Shown here in pieces: positions 1-7,907 of a stretch of DNA of 64,000 nt (positions within the stretch are counted from its first letter, which is position 1; each line of letters begins with the position of its first letter). The notes under the pieces are model-generated. The model was not told the DNA's origin, ran no database searches, and worked only from the letters and a program-made list of their open reading frames with translations. The position numbers and the translations under genes were made by a program. This stretch comes from Moorellales bacterium (GTDB lineage: Bacteria; Bacillota; DSM-521; Neomoorellales; SLTJ01). Location: the NCBI GenBank assembly GCA_049719955.1, contig JBNARC010000005.1, positions 3,976-67,975 on the forward strand, written 5' to 3'.

Positions 1-189
1 GCGTGCTCCCGGAGCCTGAAGCTCGAGCCTGGAGAAGCGACCGTACGAGCGGGCGCCCGGAGGTGCCGGCCCGAACCGAAACCGCCGGCAGGACAACGCG
101 GGGAAACTTAGGCCGGCCGTAAGGGGCGGCGATCCCTCGGGCCGCCCACGGGCGGGGACCAGGCCGACCCGAACGTAAAGGAAGGAGAG

Positions 190-1227
190 ATGCCCGTGCA
201 ATACGACCTTTTCCCTTTCACCGCCCTGGTAGGGCAGGAGGATATGAAGTTAGCCCTGCTCCTGAACGCCGTCTACCCCAAGATCGGCGGGGTCTTGATC
301 CGCGGCGAGAAGGGCACGGCTAAGTCCACCGCGGTGCGTGCCCTGGCGCGGCTCTTGCCCGAGATCCGGGTGGTGGCCGATTGCCCCTTCCGCTGCGACC
401 CGGACGACCCCGGCGCCCTGTGCGCGGACTGCCGGCGGCGGCTGGAGGAGGGGGAGGAGCTGCCGGTGGCCGTGCGCCGCATGCGGGTGGTGGAGCTGCC
501 GGTCTCCGCTACCGAAGATCGAGTGGTGGGTACCCTGGACCTGGAGCAGGCCATCAAGAAGGGGGAGAGGCGCTTCGAGCCAGGGGTGCTGGCCGAGGCC
601 AACCGCGGCCTCCTCTACGTGGACGAGGTAAACCTGTTGGACGATCACGTGGTGGACGTGCTGCTGGACGCCGCGGCCATGGGGGTGAACACCGTGGAGC
701 GCGAGGGCATCTCCTTCAGCCACCCGGCGAGCTTCATCCTGGTGGGCACCATGAACCCGGAGGAAGGGGAACTCCGGCCCCAGTTGCTGGACCGCTTCGG
801 GCTGTGCGTGAGCGTGACCGGGGTGGACGACCCGGCCCTGCGGGCGGAGATCGTGAGGCGGCGCCTGGCCTTTGAGGAGGACCCGGCGGGCTTTGCCGCC
901 GCTTGGGACGGGGAAGAGGAGAAATTGCGCCGGCAGATCGCCGCCGCCCGGGCATTGCTGCCCCAGGTCCAGATGCCGGAGGAGATGCTGCTCCTGATCG
1001 CCCGCACGGCGCTGGTGCTGGGGGTGGACGGCCACCGCGCGGACCTGGTGATGGTGAAGGCGGCCAAGGCCCACGCCGCCCTGGCGGGCCGCACCCTGGT
1101 GACCGAAGCGGACGTAGAGGCCACGGCGGGCTTTGCCCTGGCCCACCGCCTGCGGCGCCGCCCCTTTGAGGAAGTGGCCCTCGACCGGGAAAAGCTGGCC
1201 CACCTTTTAAGGACAGGCGCCACCTAA
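190..1227 (+). CDS. AAA+ ATPase of the Mg-chelatase subunit I (ChlI/BchI) family; in an anaerobe this could be a cobalt/nickel-chelatase ATPase subunit
   Basis: 345-aa ORF. N-terminus [40 protein letters not shown] includes Walker A. Walker B is [32 protein letters not shown] is present. A purine-rich SD (GGAAGGAGAG) lies directly upstream of the ATG. Confidence 0.85.
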   Translation: MPVQYDLFPFTALVGQEDMKLALLLNAVYPKIGGVLIRGEKGTAKSTAVRALARLLPEIRVVADCPFRCDPDDPGALCADCRRRLEEGEELPVAVRRMRVVELPVSATEDRVVGTLDLEQAIKKGERRFEPGVLAEANRGLLYVDEVNLLDDHVVDVLLDAAAMGVNTVEREGISFSHPASFILVGTMNPEEGELRPQLLDRFGLCVSVTGVDDPALRAEIVRRRLAFEEDPAGFAAAWDGEEEKLRRQIAAARALLPQVQMPEEMLLLIARTALVLGVDGHRADLVMVKAAKAHAALAGRTLVTEADVEATAGFALAHRLRRRPFEEVALDREKLAHLLRTGAT

Positions 1228-1230
1228 CCA

Positions 1231-1424
1231 CCCATAAGACTTTGCCGATGGCGCAGGCAACTAAGTCCGGAGGCCACGGACGGCCGAAGCCGCGGGGCGC
1301 CACGGATGGCGCCTCCGCCGGGAACCCGCCGGAGGGCGAGGCCCGAACCGTAGTTCGGTCGGCGAGGTAACAGTACGAACGGGGAGCACCCGTAGCGCCT
1401 AAGGTAAACTGGGCATAACTCAGG
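1231..1424 (+). repeat. Degenerate, internally deleted copy (A) of the ~270-nt hairpin repeat family
   Basis: 1269-1400 aligns with 15583-15713 and 43134-43265 (GGAGGCCACGGACGGCC...GGTCGGCGAGGT.ACAGT.CGAACGG.GA). It keeps the central hairpins and the 3' arm but lacks the 5' terminal repeat. It starts 4 nt after the upstream stop codon. Confidence 0.7.
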
Positions 1425-1436
1425 TGCGGACGAGCC

Positions 1437-1465
1437 TTGACAAGTGAGAGACGTTATCATAAGAT
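1437..1465 (+). promoter_or_regulatory. Sigma-A-type promoter for the feo operon
   Basis: TTGACA (1437-1442), 17-nt spacer, TAAGAT (1460-1465). It lies about 100 nt upstream of the feoB start. Confidence 0.5.
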
Positions 1466-1525
1466 AGTCTATACAAGCGCGATAACAGCTTGATACCGCA
1501 GAGCCGGATACTTTTTGTTTGCAGT

Positions 1526-1544
1526 ATCAATGAGAATGAAAATC
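1526..1544 (+). promoter_or_regulatory. Candidate Fur-family operator (Fur-box-like AT-rich site) in the feoB leader
   Basis: ATCAATGAGAATGAAAATC matches GATAATGATAATCATTATC at 12 of 19 positions by hand alignment. It is an isolated AT-rich island between the promoter and the RBS of an iron-uptake operon. Confidence 0.3.
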
Positions 1545-1562
1545 AATCGCAGGAGGCCAAAA

Positions 1563-2108
1563 ATGCCGGCTGACGTTCATTCGAAGAGCCCCCTTCCCCG
1601 TCTGGTGTTGATGGGCACCCCTAACGTGGGCAAGAGCGCTTTATTTCACGCCTTAACAGGGGCATACGTAACCGTCTCTAACTACCCCGGAACCACGGTG
1701 GAAATAGCCAGAGGTCGGGCGGTTATCGGCGGAACGGTATGGGAGGTCATCGATACGCCGGGTCTTTATTCTCTTTTCCCCGTCACCGAGGAGGAAAGGG
1801 TGGCCAGGTCTGTCCTTTTCACCGCTCCCGATCTGGTGTTGCACGTGGTGGACGGCAAGAGCCTGGAGCGTTCGCTGGCCTTGACCCTTCAGCTCCTAGA
1901 GACCGGGCTTCCCGTGATCCTGGTAGTCAACCTGCTGGACGAAGCGGAGCGGGCGGGGGTGCGCCTCGACCTGCCCGGTCTAAAGGAGCGTCTGGGTATA
2001 CCGGTGGTGGGTACGGTGGCGGCTACCGGGCGCGGCCTGGAGGAGTTGAAGGCGGCCGTAGTTAGTCTCTACCGCTCCCGCCGGGAAAGGGGGAGAAAGG
2101 TCGGATGA
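1563..2108 (+). CDS. feoB: Ferrous iron transport protein B, stand-alone N-terminal GTPase (G-domain) polypeptide
   Basis: G1 GTPNVGKS, G2 YPGTTVE and G3 DTPG motifs are present. The start was moved to ATG 1563 because AGGAGG (1551-1556) precedes it; the ORF track opens at 1515. Its stop overlaps the next ORF start (ATGA at 2105-2108). Confidence 0.85.
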   Translation: MPADVHSKSPLPRLVLMGTPNVGKSALFHALTGAYVTVSNYPGTTVEIARGRAVIGGTVWEVIDTPGLYSLFPVTEEERVARSVLFTAPDLVLHVVDGKSLERSLALTLQLLETGLPVILVVNLLDEAERAGVRLDLPGLKERLGIPVVGTVAATGRGLEELKAAVVSLYRSRRERGRKVG

Positions 2109-3562
2109 CCACCTCAAGTGTGCCGGTGCGGCCAACCCTTCCGCCCGAGCTGGAAGGGGCAGTAGAGCAAGTAAGCAGTTTGTTGAAGGGGTCGTACCCT
2201 CTGGCTCCACGGGCTATGGCCTTGTTGCTGCTTGCGGGTGACGGCGAGGCGGGCTCGCTGGTGAGGCAACGCGAGGGGTCGGCGGCGGAGGAGATAAAGC
2301 GGGTGGTAGAGCAGATACGGTCCCAATTCGGGGAACCACTGAACTACCTAATTATGCGCGGCTATTACCAGGTAGCGGCCGAGCTGGCGCAGGGGACGGT
2401 AGTCAGGCCCCACTCGCCGCTCAGAAGCTGGGGAACTAGATTGGGCGAATGGACCATGCGACCGTGGCCGGGGATCCCCATCCTGCTGTTGGTGCTTTAC
2501 TTCGGCTTCTACCAGGCGGTAGGGAGATTCGGAGCCGGGTGGCTGGTTGGGTACCTGGAGGAAGATCTGTTTGAAGGGTTGATTAATCCTCTGGTTAATG
2601 CCTGGGTAGCGGCGCTACCTTGGTCATGGTTGCGGGAACTTATTGGCCTGGACTACGGCGTAATTACCTTAGGGTTACGCTACGCGGTGGCGATCATCCT
2701 GCCCATAGTGGGTGTGTTTTTCCTGGTCTTTTCCCTCCTGGAGGACAGCGGTTACCTGCCGCGTTTGGCCCTGCTGGCCGACCGGGCGTTGAAACTCGTG
2801 GGACTGAACGGTCGCGCTATTATTCCCCTTATCCTGGGATTGGGATGCGGCACCATGGCTACGGTGGTAACCCGCACCCTCGAAAGCAAACGGGAGAAAC
2901 TCATCGCCACTTTTCTCTTAGCCTTGGCCGTACCCTGTTCCGCCCAATTAGGTGTGATCATGGCCGTGCTGTCCCCGTATCCCCGGGCGCTCGTGCTCTG
3001 GGGGGCAGTGGTAATGCTGGTAATGCTGGTAATGGGGCATTTGAGCGCCCGTCTGGTGCCCGGCGACCACAGCGGCTTTTACCTGGAGATCCCCCCCATA
3101 CGTGGGCCACGTCCGGGAAACGTGCTTACTAAGACCTTCGCCCGCATGCGCTGGTATTTCATAGAAATACTGCCCCTGTTCCTGCTGGTGAGCGTACTTA
3201 TATGGGCTGGAAGACTGTCCGGGGTTTTTGACTTGGCGCTTCGGGCCTTAACCCCCTTTACCGCAGCGCTGGGGCTCCCTCCCGAAGCCGCCGCCGTTTT
3301 CCTGTACGGCTTTTTCCGAAGGGACTACGGGGTGGCCGGGCTGTACGATTTGGCCTCGGGTGGGATTCTCAGTCCCAGGCAGTTGTTGGTAGCCGCTGTG
3401 ACCCTTACCCTGTTTGTTCCCTGCGTAGCCCAGGCCACGGTAATGTTCAGAGAACGAGGGCCGCGGGCGGCGCTGGCCATCCTGGCCCTGGTGCTGGCTC
3501 TGGCCTTCGGCCTGGGTTACCTGCTGAACCGGCTGTTGGCGATTTGGGGGCCGGCCTTGTGA
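2105..3562 (+). CDS. feoB: Ferrous iron transport protein B, membrane (gate/nucleoside-recognition) domain polypeptide
   Basis: 485-aa polytopic membrane ORF with a FeoB-like helical linker region followed by TM segments (ILGLGCGTMATVVTR, LFVPCVAQATVM). It is translationally coupled to the G-domain ORF. Confidence 0.8.
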   Translation: MTTSSVPVRPTLPPELEGAVEQVSSLLKGSYPLAPRAMALLLLAGDGEAGSLVRQREGSAAEEIKRVVEQIRSQFGEPLNYLIMRGYYQVAAELAQGTVVRPHSPLRSWGTRLGEWTMRPWPGIPILLLVLYFGFYQAVGRFGAGWLVGYLEEDLFEGLINPLVNAWVAALPWSWLRELIGLDYGVITLGLRYAVAIILPIVGVFFLVFSLLEDSGYLPRLALLADRALKLVGLNGRAIIPLILGLGCGTMATVVTRTLESKREKLIATFLLALAVPCSAQLGVIMAVLSPYPRALVLWGAVVMLVMLVMGHLSARLVPGDHSGFYLEIPPIRGPRPGNVLTKTFARMRWYFIEILPLFLLVSVLIWAGRLSGVFDLALRALTPFTAALGLPPEAAAVFLYGFFRRDYGVAGLYDLASGGILSPRQLLVAAVTLTLFVPCVAQATVMFRERGPRAALAILALVLALAFGLGYLLNRLLAIWGPAL

Positions 3563-4011
3563 GCGGAGGTAGGGGATGGATGCGGGGTTGCGGTCAAGGG
3601 TGGAGCCGTGGGAGCGGAGGCCCCGGGTTCGGGTGCCGTCAGTGGGGAGGGCCCGGGCTGCGTTTACGGGGTTGGCGCTGGCGCTGGGGCCGTCGGGTCG
3701 GGAAGCGTGCCGGAGAAGAAGGGGGGAGAGTTCCCGTCGCCGGGCAGGCCGGCGTACCGCTGGTTTCTCTGGTCGAGGGAACCGGGGGGCGGGTAATAGG
3801 GTTGGATACGGGCGATCCTTTACGGCTTCAAAGGCTGCTGGCGCTGGGCCTGGTACCGGGCGTGTGGGTAGAAGTGGTTCAGCGCTTTCCGTGCTACGTG
3901 GTACAGGTGGGTCTGACCCAGGTAGCGCTCGACCTGGATACGGCCCGAGGGGTGTACGTGGCTCCGGAACCCTTGCCCGCCGAGCCATCTCCGCCCCCTG
4001 CCCAACCTTGA
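3559..4011 (+). CDS. feoA: FeoA-domain protein with an unusual Gly/Arg/Trp-rich N-terminal extension
   Basis: The C-terminal part VPLVSLVEGTGGRVIGLDTGDPLRLQRLLALGLVPGVWVEVVQRFPCYVVQVGLTQVALDLDTARGVYV looks like a FeoA SH3-like domain. The only in-frame canonical starts upstream of the domain are GTG 3559 (GTGA overlap with the feoB stop) and ATG 3580. Confidence 0.55.
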   Translation: MSGGRGWMRGCGQGWSRGSGGPGFGCRQWGGPGLRLRGWRWRWGRRVGKRAGEEGGRVPVAGQAGVPLVSLVEGTGGRVIGLDTGDPLRLQRLLALGLVPGVWVEVVQRFPCYVVQVGLTQVALDLDTARGVYVAPEPLPAEPSPPPAQP

Positions 4012-4036
4012 CAAAACGTCCGGGGTGACGTATAAA
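4008..4036 (+). promoter_or_regulatory. Sigma-A-type promoter upstream of the FmdB-like gene
   Basis: TTGACA (4008-4013), 17-nt spacer, TATAAA (4031-4036). Confidence 0.5.
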
Positions 4037-4081
4037 TCTGCCTGGAACCCGTACGTTAACCAGGTTAGGGAGGTGAAGGCC

Positions 4082-4327
4082 GTGCCTGCTTACGATTACC
4101 GGTGTGAGCGTTGCGGCGTTTTTGAGGTCCAGCAGCGTATTACCGAGTTGCCCCTTACCAACTGTCCCAATTGCGGCGGGCCGGTTAAGCGCCTTCTCAG
4201 CCGCAACATTTGTGTCCTTTATAAGGGCAGCGGCTGGCACTGCACCGACTATCGCAGTCAGGAATACAAGGAGAAGGCCAAGGCGGAGAGCGAATCCAAG
4301 ACGGAGGCGCCCTCGGCGGCCAGTTGA
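4082..4327 (+). CDS. FmdB-family zinc-ribbon putative regulatory protein
   Basis: YDYRCERCGVFEV...CPNCGG (CxxC...CxxC) with a Ser/Glu/Lys-rich tail. GTG 4082 is preceded by GGGAGGTG; the ORF track opens at 4025. Confidence 0.7.
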   Translation: MPAYDYRCERCGVFEVQQRITELPLTNCPNCGGPVKRLLSRNICVLYKGSGWHCTDYRSQEYKEKAKAESESKTEAPSAAS

Positions 4328-4869
4328 CTATGCTAGCGGGCGCGCAAACGCCAGTTTTGGCGGTAGTGGGTTGGAGCGGAAGCGGCAAGACTACGGTTAT
4401 TGAGAGACTGATTCCCGCCCTGGCCAAGATTGGGATACCGAGAGTGGCGGTCATTAAACATTCTCACCACCGCCTGACCGATACGCCCGGTAAGGATACC
4501 GACCGGCTGCAAAGGGCCGGAGCCACGGTGGTGGGTCTGGTGGGGGAGGACGGCTACCTGCTGCGTTGTCAGTATGCACTGCCAAGGGAAGGGCTCGAGG
4601 GGCTGATGACTCTATTGCCAACCCTCGGCCCTTTTGATTTGGTTCTCCTGGAGGGATTCAAGCGCCGGCCGGGCCCAAAGATTGAGGTGGTGCGACGGGG
4701 AGTCAGCGTCGAGTTGATTTCCTCTCCCGAGGAATTGCTGGCCGTCATAGGGGACGTGCCGCCTCCCGCCGGAATTCCTTGGGTACGGTTCGGCGAGGAA
4801 GAAAGGCTGGCGGTCATAGTCAAGAAGTGGTTAAACAGGCCAGAAGGCGGGGGGCAAGCACGGACATGA
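4324..4869 (+). CDS. mobB: Molybdopterin-guanine dinucleotide biosynthesis adapter protein MobB
   Basis: VLAVVGWSGSGKTTVIERLIPAL (P-loop), then VAVIKHSHH and GKDTDR. The start is TTG 4324 (TTGA overlap) or ATG 4330. Confidence 0.8.
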   Translation: MTMLAGAQTPVLAVVGWSGSGKTTVIERLIPALAKIGIPRVAVIKHSHHRLTDTPGKDTDRLQRAGATVVGLVGEDGYLLRCQYALPREGLEGLMTLLPTLGPFDLVLLEGFKRRPGPKIEVVRRGVSVELISSPEELLAVIGDVPPPAGIPWVRFGEEERLAVIVKKWLNRPEGGGQART

Positions 4870-5699
4870 AAGGCTTGTGGTTCACCGAGTTACAGACTCC
4901 TACGGTAGCTATCTCCTGCCGCGTAAAGCAAACTTTGCATTGGGAAAAGACGCCCTATCAAGAACTGGCGGTCTTGGATACGGAGCCCTTCGGGCGCATG
5001 CTTACCCTGGACGGCGTGATCCAAACCACGGTTGGGGACGAATTTGTGTATCACGAGATGATTACCTGGGTGGTGTTAAGTACGCATCCGCATCCCCAAC
5101 GAGTATTGATTATAGGCGGGGGCGACGGCGGCGCCCTGCGAGAGGTACTCAAGCATCCCGAGGTGGAAAGCGCTACGCTGGTGGAGATCGACCGTAGGGT
5201 GACGGAGGTGTGTCGCCAATATTTGCCGGAGATCGCCGGGGCTTTTAACGATCCCCGGGCCACGGTCCTCTTCGAGGACGGCATCCTCCACGTGCAGGAG
5301 CACCCCGCAGCCTACGATGTGATCATTATCGATTCTACCGACCCGGTAGGGCCGGCGGAAGGTTTGTTTTCCGCCGAGTTCTACCGTAACGCTTATCGGG
5401 CCTTGCGGGATGATGGTGTATTTGTAGCTCAAACCGAGTCGCCCTTCTTCAACCGGGATTTGCTGGCTCGCATTTACCGGGACGTATCCGGCGTTTTTCC
5501 GGTATGCCGCCTGTATCTGGCCCCGGTGCCCACCTATCCCGGCGGTTTGTGGACGTTTACGGTGGGTAGTAAGCGTTTCGATCCGGCGGTGGTAGAGCCC
5601 AGGATGCCCCAAGGAGTAACCACGCGGTACTACAATCCTGCGGTTCACCGGGCGGCCTTTGCCTTGCCCAATTTTGTCCGAGAGCTCATTGGCAGTTAG
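4866..5699 (+). CDS. speE: Spermidine synthase (polyamine aminopropyltransferase)
   Basis: MKGLWFTE...LDGVIQTTVGDEFVYHEM...VLIIGGGDGGALREVLKH...IIIDSTDPVGPAEGLF. ATG 4866 overlaps the mobB stop (ATGA). Confidence 0.9.
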   Translation: MKGLWFTELQTPTVAISCRVKQTLHWEKTPYQELAVLDTEPFGRMLTLDGVIQTTVGDEFVYHEMITWVVLSTHPHPQRVLIIGGGDGGALREVLKHPEVESATLVEIDRRVTEVCRQYLPEIAGAFNDPRATVLFEDGILHVQEHPAAYDVIIIDSTDPVGPAEGLFSAEFYRNAYRALRDDGVFVAQTESPFFNRDLLARIYRDVSGVFPVCRLYLAPVPTYPGGLWTFTVGSKRFDPAVVEPRMPQGVTTRYYNPAVHRAAFALPNFVRELIGS

Positions 5700-5722
5700 C
5701 TCGGCATAAGGAGAGGAGCCGG

Positions 5723-6631
5723 GTGAGGCCCTTAGCGATAAAGCAAAGCGGGAGGTTTCTGGGTGCCAATGCCGGTTGGGAAGAAGCGCGGGTGGTACTG
5801 GTGGGGGTGCCGCTTGATGATACCGTGTCCTTCCGGCCGGGCACCCGTCTGGCCCCAAGCCGTATTCGCGAGGTCTCCGAAAGTCTGGAGGAATATAGTC
5901 TCCGTCTGGATCGAAGCCTTGAAGAAGTGGGCCCGTACGACGCGGGTGACCTAGAACTCGTCCCCGGGAGTACGGTGGAGAACCTGGAGCGCATCGAGGG
6001 CTGCGCGGCTTGGGTACTGGAAAGCGGCAAGAACCTGGCCGTAATCGGGGGAGAGCACCTACTTACCTACGGCGTGATTCGGGCGCTGATAAAGCATTAC
6101 CCGGACCTAGTGGTGCTGCAGTGGGATGCCCATGCCGACCTGCGGTCGGAGTACCAGGGCGCGCGGTTTTCCCACGCCACGGTAATGCGCCGGGTGAGGG
6201 AGTTGGGCGTACCCGTTTACCAAGTGGGTATTCGCTCGGTAGCCCCGGAGGAGCGGGAACCGGTGCGAGAACTAAGGGCGCAGCCGGTACTGCTCTCCCA
6301 GGGCCAGCCGGTATCGGATAAGAAACAGGGAGCCATCTGGACCGAGGATTTGGCCGCCCCGGTGGGAGAACTGGTCTCCAGGCTCAAAGGCCGCCCCGTA
6401 TACTTGAGCCTGGACATAGACGTGGTTGATCCAGGCTACGCACCGGGCACCGGATGTCCGGAGCCGGGAGGAGTAGCTCCCAGGGAGGTCCTGCAGGCAA
6501 TTGAACGGTTGCAGGAGCTAGATCTGGTGGGGTTCGATTTGGTCGAGGTCAACCCGATGGTGGACGCGGGGGATTGCACCTCGTTCCTGGCGGCTAAGTT
6601 AATTCGGGAGCTGCTGTTGGCCATGGCCTAA
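5723..6631 (+). CDS. speB: Agmatinase (ureohydrolase family)
   Basis: Ureohydrolase motifs GGEHLLT, WDAHADLR, LSLDIDVVDPGYAPGTG and DLVEVNP. It lies next to speE. Confidence 0.85.
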   Translation: MRPLAIKQSGRFLGANAGWEEARVVLVGVPLDDTVSFRPGTRLAPSRIREVSESLEEYSLRLDRSLEEVGPYDAGDLELVPGSTVENLERIEGCAAWVLESGKNLAVIGGEHLLTYGVIRALIKHYPDLVVLQWDAHADLRSEYQGARFSHATVMRRVRELGVPVYQVGIRSVAPEEREPVRELRAQPVLLSQGQPVSDKKQGAIWTEDLAAPVGELVSRLKGRPVYLSLDIDVVDPGYAPGTGCPEPGGVAPREVLQAIERLQELDLVGFDLVEVNPMVDAGDCTSFLAAKLIRELLLAMA

Positions 6632-6660
6632 CTAATTTGCATCCTGAGCAGGCATCGGGT

Positions 6661-6690
6661 TTGACTCCGGTCCCGAACTCGTGCTATAAT
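6661..6690 (+). promoter_or_regulatory. Sigma-A promoter with extended -10 for the tRNA pair
   Basis: TTGACT (6661-6666), 18-nt spacer, TGcTATAAT (6682-6690). Confidence 0.6.
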
Positions 6691-6713
6691 TAGGCCGTCG
6701 AAGGCGGAGCTGC

Positions 6714-6792
6714 GGAGCTGTGGTGTAGCACGGTTTAACACGCCGGCCTGTCACGCCGGAGATCGCGGGTTCAAATCCCGTCAGCTCCGCCA
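6714..6792 (+). tRNA. tRNA-Asp (anticodon GTC)
   Basis: Hand-folded cloverleaf: acceptor GGAGCTG/CAGCTCC, D stem GTGT/ACAC, anticodon stem CCGGC/GCCGG with loop CTGTCAC, T arm GCGGG-TTCAAAT-CCCGT, discriminator G and an encoded CCA. Confidence 0.9.
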
Positions 6793-6798
6793 TAAGGT

Positions 6799-6874
6799 GC
6801 CTCGGTAGCTCAGTTGGTAGAGCAGTGGACTGAAAATCCACGTGTCGGCGGTTCGATTCCGCCCTGAGGCACCA
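6799..6874 (+). tRNA. tRNA-Phe (anticodon GAA)
   Basis: GCCTCGGTAGCTCAGTTGGTAGAGC...GTGGA-CTGAAAA-TCCAC...GGCGG-TTCGATT-CCGCC...CTGAGGC-A-CCA. It is 76 nt long with a canonical cloverleaf. Confidence 0.9.
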
Positions 6875-6894
6875 TTTTCTTAAGATAAATCGGT

Positions 6895-6936
6895 TCGCGG
6901 GTTCAGGCCAACAAGGGATTGAACCCGCGATTTTTT
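6895..6936 (+). terminator. Rho-independent terminator after the tRNA pair
   Basis: 11-bp stem TCGCGGGTTCA / TGAACCCGCGA, 14-nt loop, then TTTTTT (6931-6936). Confidence 0.7.
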
Positions 6937-6978
6937 CGCGCCAGGGCTAAGCGGAGCGTGAGCGCTAAACCGGTACCC

Positions 6979-7007
6979 TTGCGTCCTTCCTGTCCGGGGG
7001 ATATAAT
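6979..7007 (+). promoter_or_regulatory. Sigma-A-type promoter for the sufC/sufB-like pair
   Basis: TTGCGT (6979-6984), 17-nt spacer, TATAAT (7002-7007). Confidence 0.45.
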
Positions 7008-7064
7008 AGCAGCGACGTCAAGTGTGGCTGTGGCCAGAGAACCACACCGAAACGGAGGCAGGCC

Positions 7065-7907
7065 ATGCTAAAGCTGGAGAATTTGTCGGTCAAGGTGGGG
7101 GACCGCGAGATCCTTCACGATATTAATCTGGAAATCCGGCCGGGTGAGGTCCACGTACTGTTCGGTCCCAATGGGTCGGGCAAGACCAGTCTATTGGGAA
7201 CCATCATGGGTTTTGAGCGCTACCGGGTGGTACGGGGCCGGATTTACTTTCAAGGCCAGGACGTTACCGATTGGCCGGTAGATGCCCGGGCGCGACTGGG
7301 AATCGGCCTGTCCTTTCAGCGGCCGCCTACTGTGAGAGGGGTTACTACCCGGCAACTGGTAGAAGTGTGCGGTCAGGGGCGGGCCAAAGTGGAAGCTTTG
7401 GCCGCCGAGGTCAACTTTCAGGACTTCCTGGACCGAGAAGTGAACCTCGGTTTCTCCGGAGGAGAGCTGAAACGATCGGAGTTGTTGCAGTTGTTGGCGC
7501 AGGATCCTCAGTTGGTGTTGCTGGACGAGCCGGAGTCGGGCGTGGATCTAGAGAATATGGCCTTGATCGGGCGGGTTGTGAACCGCTTGCTTGAGAGGGA
7601 CGTAAGCCACCGCGAAGGCAAATCGCAGAGAGAAATTCGACGTGGTCGCCGTAAGTCCGGACTGATTATTACTCACACCGGGCACATTTTGAACTACGTA
7701 AACGGCGACGTGGGGCACGTGCTGTTTGAAGGGCGCCTCTCCTGCGTGGGCAACCCCCGGGAGCTGCTGTCCTGTATTCAGGAGCTGGGTTACGAAGAGT
7801 GCATCCGCTGTTCGGTCGGAAACGCTACCTCAGCAGGAGGGCAACAAAACCATGAGCACGAGTCGGCGACAGGAAATACTGGCCCGAGCGCGGGCGGCAG
7901 TAGATAA
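7065..7907 (+). CDS. SufC-like ABC ATPase of a two-gene minimal SUF-type Fe-S assembly module
   Basis: Walker A GPNGSGKTSL, signature FSGGELKR, Walker B LVLLDEPESGVD and H-loop ITHTGH. A Cys-containing tail is present (CIQELGYEECIRC). The 3' end overlaps the next gene. Confidence 0.75.
   Translation: MLKLENLSVKVGDREILHDINLEIRPGEVHVLFGPNGSGKTSLLGTIMGFERYRVVRGRIYFQGQDVTDWPVDARARLGIGLSFQRPPTVRGVTTRQLVEVCGQGRAKVEALAAEVNFQDFLDREVNLGFSGGELKRSELLQLLAQDPQLVLLDEPESGVDLENMALIGRVVNRLLERDVSHREGKSQREIRRGRRKSGLIITHTGHILNYVNGDVGHVLFEGRLSCVGNPRELLSCIQELGYEECIRCSVGNATSAGGQQNHEHESATGNTGPSAGGSR

Noticed and set aside
1-189. A possible cobalamin riboswitch upstream of the chelatase-like ATPase gene.
   Set aside because: The region is GC-rich with hairpins (for example GCCGGC...GCCGGC and GGGCGGC...GCCGCCC), but I could not find a B12 box (GCCACTG-like) or other conserved cobalamin-riboswitch elements. 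The 5' part is also cut by the window edge.
250-1303. Several long ORFs antisense to, or out of frame with, the ChlI-like gene (for example 250-1203 -, 645-1223 -, 734-1303 -).
   Set aside because: Their Arg/Gly/Pro-rich low-complexity translations are typical of alternative frames in GC-rich DNA. The + frame has clear AAA+ motifs. The same reasoning excludes 3248-4240 -, 5076-5858 -, 16816-17460 -, 17632-18276 -, 18803-19648 -, 19626-20570 -, 22569-23231 -, 27393-28211 - and similar shadow ORFs.
3576-4028. The alternative-frame 150-aa ORF starting at ATG 3576 after GGAGG.
   Set aside because: Its translation is Arg/Gly low complexity throughout. The overlapping frame (3559/3580-4011) contains a recognisable FeoA domain.
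6632-6841. A 69-aa minus-strand ORF.
   Set aside because: It lies entirely across the tRNA-Asp and tRNA-Phe genes.
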